A stretch of 64,000 nucleotides of DNA from Lingula anatina (lineage: Eukaryota; Animalia; Brachiopoda). Shown piece by piece: positions 27,799-40,924 of this stretch. A program made the position numbers and the translations under genes. Positions within the stretch are counted from its first letter, which is position 1. Each line of letters opens with the position of its first letter. The stretch lies in contig CM120641.1 in NCBI GenBank assembly GCA_051362555.1, positions 32,928,401 through 32,992,400 on the forward strand, written 5' to 3'. Below the pieces are notes generated by a model that searched no databases, was not told where the DNA came from, and saw only the letters and a list, made by a program, of their open reading frames with translations.

Positions 27799-28384
27799 TA
27801 GGTCTTTTATTGTAATTCTATTACATTTACTTTTCCTATTAATTTAATTTCATGAAAGTAGGTCAATCCGGTCAATAAAATTGTAGGTTTCAACAGCTCA
27901 GGAGTGACCTACTTATAACTGCAAATAGAAGGAAGGAATGTTACGCTATTACAATTACGCTAGTAATTGGCATTGCATTATTTTAACTACTTGATCAAAA
28001 GACAACATTTTATGACCGATTTAACACTGGAAAAGACATTCAAATACAGATTGAGTTCAGAACTTTATTTGATATATAAATTAAGATAATTACCTTGATT
28101 TACATGTAGGTGATACATAAAACTGCAGGCCCTGAGGTAAAGCCAAAAATGAATTTTTAACTTCAAATTTCTCTGTAATGTTTTGGACTTCTTAATAAGC
28201 TTTGTTTCTTACAATACATGTACATATTGGTAGACCCCTATAATGTACATTTTGCTTTAGGGTGCTCCTTATCTCATGGGTATCATTTTTAACTTTGCAT
28301 GATTACAAGGCATAAATCTTCACGGTCAGTACTGTACATGTGTAGAACTTATTTTTGCATGTATACAAATAGTACAGACAAGCA

Positions 28385-31106
28385 ATGTCAGAATCGGTCC
28401 AAGTTCGCCAGCAGTTGTCTTCTGCATTGGACACACTCCGTCAGCTGATCAGCAATGGTGAGCTGATCTTGTTCCTGGGAGAACAGGCCTCATGTCTTCC
28501 ACAGCCGGCTTCCGTGAAGGACTGGTGGAAACACCTAGGGGACTTGGACAAAGAGGTAATGATTAATAAATATGTGAAAAATGAGAACAGATTTGTACTA
28601 AAATACTGATGGGCTTGAATTGTAAATTGTGTACATGTTATGGTATCAAAGCTTTTTGCTTTTATTATTATGGAATACATAACATTATGCTGTTATTAAC
28701 AATTAAAAATTGTTTGTATCATTTTATGTTCAAATTCTTTTTGTGTGTTATCATTTAAATTGAAAATAAAATTGTAAAATTTTATGTATTTTTAAAATGA
28801 ACATCTAAAATACTTGCAAAGATAAGAGAGTCAATGTTTTTTTTCAAAAGGGGAAACCTATGTATTAAGTCACAATATGATTTTAGACCCTATTATTATT
28901 ACAGGATCCAGTTAGCAAGATAGACCAGTTGGAGTCAAATATGAGAGAGAACCAGCAATGGCTGCACACCATCCTCAGAACGTTGGGCAGATTTCCCATA
29001 ATCTTCAATGTCAACCCTGACCGCCTGGTGGAGCACTACCTTATCAGACCAGGCGATAATGTCCAGACTGTTAGATTAGATAGGGTGAGCGCATGGGACA
29101 TTTCGTGGGGGAGCAATCCTTTATGGCGGATTCCAGGGGAGGGGGGCGGGATCAAGCAGACATGTGCCCCTCCTTGTAAGGTTCTGAGGTATCTCCTCAT
29201 TCTGCCCCCCCCCCCCCCCCCCCCCACACACACACACCACCTAAAAATATACTGTAATAAGCAAAATGATACAAACCCAATTTTTCCGTCCCTGTGTCTG
29301 ACTGTTAAACCCCCTTTACACCAGACGACGTCCTTTCTGCATCTTTTGTTCGACCATGAAACTGGCATGGCTGTGGTCGTAAAAAAGAGGCACAAGCATT
29401 GCTTTGGTTGCAGAATGAATGCTCAATGATCGGCCAGTTGTCAGCATGTAAAGTATTATGTTTTTTTTTACTCTCAAACAGGGCCATAATATACTACTGG
29501 ATGCAGAAAGGACATTGTCCAGTGTACGCAGGGGGCTTGAGTAAAATTTTGGCAAAATTGTGCATTCACCAGAGATTCTTGTTTGTTATAAATAGGAGTA
29601 GATATGGAATGTCTGGAAATATTTTATTTTTTTATTTCATTGTCTAGACTGTTAGATTATGTGTATACACACTTTGGAAATTATTAAATAATGATGATAT
29701 TTTTAATTGGTGTTAGAATTACTGTCTGTTATCAATGTATCAAAAATCAGTATATCAAAATTTTTCATGTCCAGGGTGAATTTTGTTCTTTTAATGGATT
29801 AAATTCTTTTAATGTCCATTGCAAAAAGAAAAATATCCATTTAACTAATGTGTCTTAATATTCTATTTTTTCTGGTTTATTTGAAAACTATGTAAATGTA
29901 TGTGAATTTAATTTTGGTTTATCTATCATTAAACAGTATTGAATAGATATTAAAATCCTGTTTTTAATGCTAGAAGTGATGGGAACATCTGAACTTAGTG
30001 TCTTGATATAATTTTACTTCTATTTTAGGTTGGAAGTCTGTCTGGTACATGGCCCAATGACCACAGAGTTCTGCTTATCAAGTGTTTTGGAGATGCTTCT
30101 TATGATGAAAAAGACAAGCTCACGGTAGGCATTTTTTACAATGAGGCTAACTTGTAGAACCTCTGTTTATTTTATGTTATTTTAAATTAAAGAAATAATT
30201 AAAAGATGTTTCATTGTAAATTAAAGTTTGTGATTTTCTGGCAAAAGTTTTCTGATCATAGTTTTACATTGAAAATATATTTTATTGTATTTTATTGTAT
30301 TTGTAATACTAGCTGGTATTTGAATTTATTGCAATTACAAATACCCCCATATGAAAATGTATGGATGAAGTAATATCTTCAAAAATTTCAGTCTGCTAGT
30401 AAGAACTACATGGAGACCTTTCACTCCATGGCATCTGAGGAAACAACATTTGTAGAAAACCTTTTCCACCAACACAGTATTCTGTTTCTTGGTTGTGAGA
30501 AAGACCACCCTCTACACAAAGCATTCATGGAAAGATTTGTGAAACATTCCAAGGTAACAATAAACTTCTTATAAAAGCTATGAAATTTGGTTTATGGGTT
30601 ATTATTGTAATAAAAAATAAACATTTGAGCTAGAAATTTCATGCAACTGATCATTATCATCACGCACACAGAAAATTAGTAAGACTCATCGTATTATGAT
30701 TCATAGACGTGTCTGGTGAATTTTGTGTGTTGATGACATTTTTTTCTTCATCCTTGGATATTAATCATATATTCCATTGATACATCAAGTTTTTCAGTTT
30801 TTCTTTGTGTATAGATTCGTCATTATACACTTATATTGAAATGATATTGAATTTTTGAGCTGAATTTACTGTAATTCAAAACAATTATTTTATTATTTTT
30901 TCTTGATTTATTTTTTAAAGGGTCAACATTATCTCTTTCAACGAGGAACCACATCAAGCTATTTCCAAGATGGCCATTTGACAACCATCCAAACAGACAT
31001 GGAAATCAATGAATTTGCCCAATATCTTACTCCAGGGAGTACAGAGTTCAAGATAAGGGCGCCTGGAGAGGTAGGCTTGAAGAGTTATTGATTTTTATAA
31101 TTTTAT

Positions 31107-31156
<50 letters not shown>

Positions 31157-34100
31157 TTGGTGTCATATTAATACGTAGCGTAAAAATGAAAATTATTCAA
31201 AATTTTATTAAGATATTCCAAATGATAAGAATATGAACAGAAGTTTAATTTTGGCACATGCATGCTTGAAGAGGGTCCTATTTGGTATTTTTGTTACCCG
31301 TGAAAGCCACCTTATATTTCCCCAAGTTGTGTGAATACAAAGAGTGATCTGTTAAGAACCCCATTCCCATCACCATTATTCTTCATTCTTGAAACAATGT
31401 CATCATACTCAGTGACCGTGATTTTCAACTGAATGATATATGAATAAAGTTTTATTTACTGTGGTTTCTGAATTGATGATTTTGGTTCCCATGAACTGTG
31501 ATCACTACCCCCCTCCCCCAAATGGGACCTTCCTTGAATGATATATATACCCTGTATCTTAAGACAAAAGCAGTCATGTTTATAGCAATCTTCAATCTCA
31601 TGATAAAGTAACTATCTGTTGTGCATTGTTGAAAATGAGTATAATTTGAAAATTTTCTTCTGTCAACAGCTAATATTGAAATAGTTTTTACCTCCAATAT
31701 TTCGATGTCTGGCAGAACATCTTCATCAGGTAATCGAAATATTAGAGGGTGGGGAGGGGGGGGGTAGAAGGATGAAAAAAATTGCCAGACCAAGCAAGTC
31801 AGATTATAGAGGAAGACACAGAGGACACTGAAAATTTTGCTGGTTTATTTAGGTTAGTTTTTTTATGGGGATTGGGGGGGGGGGGGGGGGCTGTTGCACC
31901 TCTTCCTGTGGCTCTGTCATTGTGCTTCCATAAACCAATGAAAGCTAACAATTTTTTGCAGGTGTATGAGCACTCCTACCTACCCACCCAGAGAGAGCAG
32001 TACTTAAAAGCTCAGTTAACTCTAGAAGCAGCAGCCTCTGAGATAGGATTCCATACAGCTAAAGTCACCAATGCTTTGGCCACAGATGAGGCACTAGAGG
32101 CAGAGTCAAGGGGAAACTTGGAGAAAATGTTTAAGAATGATCCCTTCAGTAAGTTATTGTTGTATCATATTTGTCTCAAAAATCTCCAACATGCATTACT
32201 TTTTTCAATTCATCCATTATAATTTTTATTATCCAGCAAACAAGTTCATCACCTCTATTATGCACCTTAAGTTAAACAGTTTAAATACTGTATATTTTTG
32301 CATGTATATATAAATGAAGTAAGTTGATTATAACCCTTCAATTTAAAGAACTTTAATCATATGTAATCTTTGTGTCCAGTACAAAAATTATGGTATATTG
32401 TTATTATATTAAATTCACAGTTGGACAATACGATGCAAGAACAGTGCAAGGAGCAATGGATGCCATGAAAGGAAGACGAGACAATTTATTGAAGGTATTT
32501 TGTATTATCATTCAATGCCAGTGACTCCCTAATGAATGCTTTAAAAGATATAACTATGCACCAGTAAAAAATTATGCCATGAAAAATGATGGCAAATCAA
32601 GTATATCTGAATTAACTTGCTGTTTATATGTTGTGCATTGTATCTAAAGGGAACTTGAAATTTATAACAAGTTATAAATTTTCATTTATCATGGTAGTAA
32701 TGAAAAATCTGCCAAAGCAATATTATAATATATCAGTAACACAGCTTTTGAATCGTATTTTTTTCCAGCTCATTCAAAATGGAGTAAGGGTGACAGCAAT
32801 CTTCAGATTTGACACTTTTGAAAAAGACATTGTTGATACCTCTACCAAAAAAGATGTCCGCCAGAGAAATGTGAGGAAATATGCCTCTGTTTTACTGCAG
32901 TCACGCTCTGTTCTAAATAACCAGAGTATGCTGGAGCTGAGAGTAGTGCAGGACATGAATGAAGAGCAGACAAAAAGAATGAAGGAACAGTATGCTGTTA
33001 TCAGATTGAAGGGTATGGGTTTTCTGTTGATTGTTTATTTGTTTAATATTTTATTCTATATCGAACAATTATATTGGTTTGTCATGAAATGAGAATGAGC
33101 AGTGCATTTGTGCATCGGTAGCATGAGGCCTGTAGCACAGTGATGGATTTAGGGGGGTGTCAGGGGGGGTCCTGACCCTCCCCCATTTGATTTCTGAAAA
33201 AAATCATACCAATGGTCCCCTCTTGAAATTAGAATTTTGACCAACTGCACCGTAGTTGTAAACCATACCAAATGGCACTGTTCACCCTCTAAAATGCCAA
33301 ATTTAAAAAAAGTATAAAAAAACATTTTCTTTTGATTTGATAACTGATTGCATTTTATATCCTATTACTTCCATTTCTTTTTAAGACAGTAATCTTATTA
33401 TTCTGACTTGTATTTTTAAGTTTCATTATTTCTTTAAGGTGCATTCAAAATAATGACTTGTCTCTACAGGAAGCTCTGATGAAGCTATTGCTTATGCCTC
33501 ACCTGCTGTTGAAGGCAAGAAAAATGTCAGCATCAATTTAATCAGTGTTAATGGTACTGAGGCAGCCAGAAAGCGTAAGATATTTGAGGAAAGCAGAGAA
33601 GCTGCGTGGGACCATGAGAAGTCCATGTTGAATCTGACCACTGCACTGCTGCAAGCTGATGAGGAACTGAAAGCCATCAGTGTATGTCATAAAAGTTCAT
33701 AAGTCATTCTTGTTCATGCATTGGTAAAGTTAGTAAGTGAATATATAACAATTTAATCACCCCAATTTAATAATTAAATAAATAAATATGGTAAGACAAT
33801 TTGACAAATGATGTATTAAGTCATGGATATCTCTTATATTTTTAGACGGAAGACAGAAATAAACTTCAAAGGCTTTACAATGTCCAGATGTTGACAAAGA
33901 CTGAGATTGAACCTGGGACATGGGAGAAGCTGGGTGAAGGAAGCTTTGGTGCAGTGTTCAAGGTACAGTGGAAAGGAAAAGAAATGGCCTACAAAGTCTT
34001 GCAGAAGATATCAAAAGCAGATGATCTGGAGGAATTTGAAGGAGAATACCAGAGCTTGAAGTAAGCTTTTGTTCAACATCCTCTTTTCTGTTTGAAAAAA

Positions 34101-37100
34101 AAAAACTAATAACTTTCAGACTTGTATTTTATTTAATTTTTCAACATGCCATAACTTGGGTTTGAAAAAATGCATGTTTTTTTCTCTTTTGCAAAAAAAA
34201 ATAAACATTTTTTTTCTATTTTCAAGGAAAATTCATCATCCTAATATCATCTCTGTAGCAGAGATGTACCGCACAGACAATCCCATACAGTTAGGTATTT
34301 TGATGGAGTACATGTCAGGAGGCAGTGTCAGGGATGTGATGAACAGGAACCCAGGTCAAGGTCAGAGCAAGGACTTTGTCTCCAGGCTAGCCATGCAAGT
34401 AGCGTGTGCTTTGGATTATCTGCATTCCCTGAAGCCAGCCATCATACACAGGGATATTAAGGCAGATAACATATTTGTAAGTTTTGTGGTTGCAGAAATG
34501 GTGCTGGGGTTCCTAGTCACAAGCTTTAATTTAATTTTTTTTCATTTTAAATATTGAAATAAACTTGGGAAATATTAAATGGAATAGATATCAATGAAAG
34601 TTACATTTGATAAAAATATGCTTATTACCACAGAGAAATAAGCATGGTGCATCGGTATATACTTAAAAAAGTGAAAACTTTGAAAGACGAAAAAGACTGG
34701 TTTTTCATTGTCTCATGTGTAAAGATATTTTTAAAATATTTTAAAAGTAACTGTAAGCTTTTTTTGCTGCGAGGGCCTTTGATGAAAGGTTGAAATGCTG
34801 TGCCTCACAGGTAAAAACATGTACATCCTCTTTGGAAATGATTTTTAAGAATTGAAAGGCAGTTGAATTGCTGTCAGGCATAAGAAGCAATCAGAAACTT
34901 GTCAAAACAATAGTTGTCCACCTGAATGTAGTGGCTACATGTAGTTTCTTGTCCACTCTGGCTGAGGCAAACCTCAGTTAGACTGACAATTTTTAATTAT
35001 TATGTAGGGATGTATGTAAAATGTATGTTGAAATTAATTCAGTCTACAATGGCTCTATGTAAAATTCCAGTAAAATGGAAGTGGATCAGTAATGTTCTGT
35101 CACTGGTTACAGTAACTGCTTCTGGTCTGAGCTAGGAGATTCTTAGACCCCATTCCCATAGATTTTAGATCGATCTATCCCTGTGAGGAGTCTCACTAGA
35201 TTACTATCAGCTCAGCCGGCTTAAGCATCTGTCCCGCCTACTTAAAGCTGTTAGGGGGTAATTAACTATGGTGCCTGCTCGGCTGACTGCAATTTAGCCT
35301 GAACCCCCAGGGAGTTAGGTCGATCTAAATCTAAATCTCTGGATCGATTTAAATCTGTGGGAATGCACCCTTAGACCCAGCTTTTGACCCTAGACCCGAA
35401 ATTTTGGCCAGTAGGATAAAAAAAGGCACCTTTTAGCTATGCTTGGTTGATATTCATTGAACAATTATTTAGAGTACATGTACAATTTGTTCCAGAATGA
35501 TGCAGAGTTCATCCTTTTTTTCCAGATGACAGCAGACAAACAGACCTTCAAGTTGGGTGACTTTGGTCTTTCAAGGATTACCTACAGTACATACCAGACT
35601 AAGACCATGGGCTGGGGCTGTTACCGCTACATGGCACCAGAGATGGGAAGAACACAAAAATATTCACCCAAAGTAGATGTATATGCTTTTGGTGAGCTTA
35701 CATTGACAAGGATTTGGATTGAATGCATATCTCTGTAGATATATTAGTTTAAAAAATAATTTAATCAATTTTACCAATTTATCTTTATTTTGATGGAGGA
35801 ATTTGACAAAAATGATTTTATTGGCAAATTAGCTTTAACAGATACTTTCATCTAGTATGTCATTCTAACTTTGGGAGCATCAAGTAAGCTGTCTGATTAA
35901 GGCCCTTTGATGAAGGGTCGAAATTTCATGCCTTACAGAACATGATAAGTCTATGTAGAAACAATTTACTTTTTCATCATTTTCATCTTGTTATCAGGTC
36001 TGCTGTTGGTGGAGGTGATTACAGGCAATATAGCATTCAGTGAAATAATGGACAACAGTGAAGTGTTCAAGAGAATAGCTGCTGGTCAGCTGCCGGTGGA
36101 AGTGCCAGTAAGTGTCATAGAAATCAACATTGTACAGACTCAATTGTGAGACAGTGGTATATATCAGATTTAGGATCTTACTAATGGGTGCAGAAGTTTT
36201 TTTTCTTTTTGTCATATAAAAGACTAAAGTGTGCTGTTTATCTTGAAATGCATTTCCTGTCTTAATAAATGCTATATTTGGTTGTTTAACCTATCCAGGA
36301 GGAATGTGAAAAAGTCCATGGTCTCCAGATGAAGGCCACCATATCTGCCTGTGTCATTGCCAATTCTAACCTGCGGCCTAAGATGGAGGATGTCATCAAG
36401 ATGTTACAGGGAAAGCTGACAAAGTTTCAGAAACATGAAGAAGTGGAGCTGCTTTGTCTGGGAACTGGAAAAGGGGCAACTGGTATTTTTTTTTCCTCGA
36501 TTAAAGTTTTTTTATATTTCAATTTTTTATTTTGGTTCTGAATGAACACACTTGCCTTAGACATTTATGAATTCACATATTGAAAGAAATGTGATTGTTC
36601 AAAATCTTCTGAAAAGGGGGATGGAGTTTAATTGATAAGAGTTTTCCAGAACAAAGAGCATCACATGATTTATACTAGTATGTCAGTCTTGCAGTTTTAT
36701 TTCTTTATGATTTCAGCTGTTCAGGATGGAGAGCCCAGTTCTTCTTTTGTCATTCTCCACAATGGCAAACCTGTACTCCTTGTTGATATAGGTTACTTGG
36801 TCATGATGCAGTACCAGCAACTTGTTGGTAAGGGAGTCAATTCTGTTTCACATCTGTTTGACAGTTGACTTTATATCATAAAAATTCCATGCCATTCAAT
36901 AACCTAATCTTAAATTAATTTTAAGACATTAAAAAGCAAATGTGAGTCCATTTATAAGAATGCCTTTATTTGAGCAAAATTTAAGAAATAAATGTAAAAT
37001 TTGTTGGGATATCTCAGTTATTTAGTATTGCAAACTGCATTGTAGGAAATTTAAAGTGATATGTATACAAAAGGTTTGACGTGTTAAAAATAGACTTTCA

Positions 37101-39145
37101 GGCACATCAGTGACATACTGATTCTAAATGTCATCTTTAAAAAAGGTAAGATTTTCCTTCTTATTTATAGGCAAAGAACCAGTTTTCAACATGTTCATTA
37201 CCCACAACCATTCAGACCATGCTGGTGAGCTGCCCGTGTCTATGTGTATATTTGTACCCACATTGATGAAACGGGGTTACACCAAAAGTCCCTTCAAGAT
37301 CTTTGCTGGATCAGAAACTATGCCAAAGCTGATAAATCACAGAATGGATGAGGCTTACTCTATGCCAGGTCTTAATGATCACGTATGTGTAACAACTTTA
37401 TAGTTGTTTTAAAAAAAGTAAATTGTTTCAACGATTCATGGTTTTATTGGTGTGATCAAGAGCCTTCTGTGAAGAATAAAATTTGCCATGCCCATGGGAC
37501 ATTTGTGTCATGGGGAATTTTCTTTTTATTACCAGTAATAGACGGTGTTTGATCTACCTTATCTAATTGGTTTTGGTGACTTTAAATTTGCAGAAAAAGA
37601 TTGCTGACTGGCGGATATGTTCCCCAGGAGAGAGGGAGACCATTGGTGATAATGGCCTGTTTTCCTTGGAGACTGTTAAAAGTCAACATTCAGAAGTTGG
37701 TTATGGTGAGTCTTTTGTTGCTCCTCTTAATGTCAAAATTTTTGGGAGTTATTGTTTATGATGAAAGTAAGTAAAATGGTCAGAAAAGACGAATGTGTAA
37801 TATTTAAGGTTATATAAGTAAATTTAAGTGTATCCAATATATTTTTGTTTAAGGCGACATTCATTAAAAATGTAAAATTTTACAAAATACATGTAGTGGC
37901 CATTCTCAATACTGATATCTGCACTGCATTCATATGTTATTTATTTAACCACATACTCAAAGACCCCATTCCCATAGACATCATTGGTCTATGTAGATTG
38001 ATCCAACTCTGTGGAGACTCTTGCTGAGTGCGATCAGCTTAACTGAATGACACGCTTTCTATTGTTTCCAATGTATTCATATAAATACCAGCTTATCTGT
38101 ATTCTACTCAATGGTAGGAGGAGGCAGTAATTCATTTAAGCTGACTGCGCTCAGCAAGAGTCCCCACAGAATGGGATCGATCTATGTAGACCTATAGTGT
38201 ATATGGGAATGGGGCCTAACTACTTCTGACACCACATTTCAGGGTTTGTGCTGTACTACAAAGGGTCTCCAATACTGGGCTACTCCGGAGACTCTGGTTT
38301 TGTCAAGGAACTCTATGACAAAATATACGAAGCTCCAACAGTGATTGTCGATGGCAGAGAAAGAGGCACTTGGGAGCATGCAGGAGTAAGTGATATTTAC
38401 TCAGAATCAAATCATACATTTTCATTGGGCCGTAGCTATGGTGTCATGGAGAAATATTAAGATAAAGATGTGCATTTCATTTTGTAAATACATGTAGCAA
38501 TTTCAGTCAGTGGTTTGGTCTCATATAAGTATGATAAGTCAATTATTACTAATTTTGCAAACATTGAAATATGGCTTATTTATGTATTTTCAGTTTGACG
38601 AAATTAAGGAATATACCAAAACTAGCAAGGTAAGGATATTCCAGAGGGCTGTTGATCATTCTTTTAAGCATCTTTTAAACTAGAAATTAACAGATTGCTT
38701 GTCTTTTTGAAAAAAAGTCACTTTATTCAAGGGTTCAATATTTAAGACTCCTCAAGTGAGAGTACACTCTAAAGAAAATTAATGAGAAACTTGTATGTTG
38801 TTTTCTTAAATAATATGTTGTTATTAACTGATATCTTTTTAATGCTGTTTTTTATTGTCATGTGACATTTTTAAAATCCTTGCTCTAAAAAATGTACATA
38901 CAATTTAGCACGAGTTTGTGTATGTTACTGGATATGGAGCACCCCGAGAGTCACCTGGTGACAAGTACCTCCCATCCATCAAACCACTTGAGATTGGTCA
39001 GCAGTACCCCTTGGTGTCAGCGGGTCAAATGGCTGATGGGCAGGGTCCAGACCCTGCTGGCCAGGGAACAGGCGACATCCACCCTGGCAGTGGACAAGAG
39101 CAATATCCTACACCTCACAAGGCAGTGCAGAGTCTGGGGCAGTGA
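28385..39145 (+). CDS. ~1,080-aa multidomain protein: SIR2-like (SIR2_2/FAM118-type) domain - unknown domain - Ser/Thr (TKL-like) kinase - MBL-fold hydrolase. Exons 28385-28555, 28905-29084, 30029-30124, 30392-30553, 30921-31070, 31962-32148, 32421-32494, 32769-33012, 33470-33681, 33846-34060, 34227-34476, 35526-35691, ~35998-36107, ~36299-36482, ~36716-36827, ~37171-37382, 37594-~37705, ~38243-38385, 38594-~38629, 38909-39145
   Basis: Phase-compatible GT-AG exons without stops. SIR2-like: ELILFLGEQAS..W, IIFNVNPDRLVE, LLIKCFGD, LFHQHSILFLGC. Kinase: LGEGSFGAV, MAYK, HPNII, MEY, HRDIKADN, DFG, YMAPE, DVYAFG, RP. MBL: LGTG, LLVDIG, THNHSDH, QHSE, YSGDSG, EH. Kinase C-terminus and MBL N-terminus lie in one exon (36329-36482 ORF). 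Confidence 0.88.
31110..31156. repeat. (AAT)n microsatellite
   Basis: Tandem AAT run. Confidence 0.95.
35146..35370. mobile_element. MITE family B (PIF/Harbinger-like)
   Basis: Ends GACCCATTCCCATAGATTT ... AAATCTGTGGGAATGCACCC with TTA flanks; internal sequence shared with ~20700-20890. Confidence 0.65.
37962..38217. mobile_element. MITE family B (PIF/Harbinger-like), long palindromic copy
   Basis: ~80-bp imperfect inverted arms GACCCCATTCCCATAGAC..GAGACTCTTGCTGAGTGCG / CGCTCAGCAAGAGTCCCC..TATGGGAATGGGGCC; fragments near 31358 and 51780-51855. Confidence 0.75.
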
Positions 39146-40924
39146 ACGTCCGAATAAGAAAGTCTTAATTGAAATTATCATATAGACAAGAGTTGAACGT
39201 TAATTCATACGAAAAGACATTCCATAAATTGATTAACTTTATTATGTGAAGTTCAGTGTTGGTCTCATCTTGGGGAACAAGCGTTTTAGTCTACTTTGAT
39301 CCAGATCCAGAATAAATCAGAAGTAGTCCACTTTAATGAACAGAAAAACAAAGGCCAATGTTTTAGCCTACTTTTTTGTCATTGGAGTGAATTGCACCGA
39401 TTTGTCCTCGTTTTTTGATGAACATTATTAGTTTTGAAGTTAGCACCAACATTTGAATTAAAGTTTTTTTGTGAAATGGGTTCTAGGATTTGTTTAGGCA
39501 AATCAACATCCCTAGGTTAACAGATTGCTCACTATATATGGGATTTATACATCTAAGGTATTTGTTGGGGTTTTTATACCCTAAGCTTCAGGTCTGATGT
39601 TGACTATGTCAATCACAAAGACATTTCAGGGTTCCATAAAAGGGTATTCATCTTTCTAAAATTTGTGATTAAGGCAGTCAAACACTACTGACATTCAAAC
39701 ATACCAGACAAGAATTTATGGACATTTGAAAATGAAAAAAATTTGCCTACTTCAGCCCTGACACTCAGGCAAGGCTTTGTGTGGCCTGGTGATGTCTATT
39801 TCTATATAGAGATTGTGTACAATGCTCCTAATTCCCTGTACTATAAAACATGTTTTTCCAGTATGTCATAACCTAAATAACTCAAAAATGTTACTAAATT
39901 ATTAAAGATAATGTTAACTTTGATTTTAATCCAAGTTGAAGAAAAGGGGAAGCAAACTATGATTATTTAATGATTAATGACAATTTCTCAAATTTTGCCA
40001 CTATTAATTATTTAATGATTAATGACAATTTCTCAAATTTTGCCACTATTTTCAGTAGATGTATGTGAGCATAATGTTTAGGTAAAAGATTTCAGTAATC
40101 ATGTGGTAATGAAATGGTCTGGTCTTTCAGTCAAAACATGTTCAAATTGAAATTTTACAGAATCCATGACATTAGAAAAGTAAATATTTGTATTATGATG
40201 ATGCACTGCAATAAAGGCCACAAATTTACGGCAAATTTCTTTCTACAAGTTTTATTGTAATTTTCATTTTGACAAGGTTTTTACATGAAGTACACAACAA
40301 AGCAGGTAAATATACAGACACTCAAAAGAAAAGGCAATTCTTTTGTGATCAACTGGTGCTTTCCACTTAACACATTAAAAGAAAATATCTAAAACGGTGT
40401 CCAATAACCCACATTTTGGATTGAATTTGTATAAAATTACAATTCTGCTATTTTAAAATTTGCATTAATTTTTGTTATTAAGCAAAATGGAATAAATTAG
40501 TTTGTCTTCCTGGATATAATTTCTTAATTATCAAAATGGTCCATTTTTGATGGGTTCTGTTTTTTGCTACCGTAAATCTATTTACATTTGGTGGATTTCT
40601 TCATATGAACACTTCAATTTAAAATTTGAACAGAAAAATATAACGAAAATATTCTTATGTAACCTTAAACCACGTTTTTATGGCACCAGTTAAAATTTGT
40701 CTAAAATGTTTATTCTGATGGCATAATGTGGATTCCTTTTTTCACTTCCTGTCTCTGAACCAAATTGAGATAAGAAGAAATAATATTTAAAATGCATTTC
40801 TGATTCCTTGACATACTGTTGTGACAAATTAAGTATTTGACAAATTTTTAAATGTAGAGTAAAAAATGCAAGTTTAGTAAATGGTAGAACGGCTAGTTTT
40901 GTGACCCTTCAAATAGAATTTTCT

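Noticed and set aside
28929-29647. Several overlapping 60-166 aa ORFs with poly-Pro or poly-Gly
   Set aside because: Exon 2 ends at the donor at 29084; the rest is intron with a poly-C tract and repeat remnants
28385-39145. Bacterial contamination as the source of the SIR2 and MBL domains
   Set aside because: The gene has 19 spliceosomal introns in its coding region, host MITEs and is embedded among animal genes
39961-40050. ~46-bp exact tandem duplication (a similar degenerate one at ~23455-23660)
   Set aside because: Ordinary local slippage duplication in AT-rich 3'/intergenic DNA
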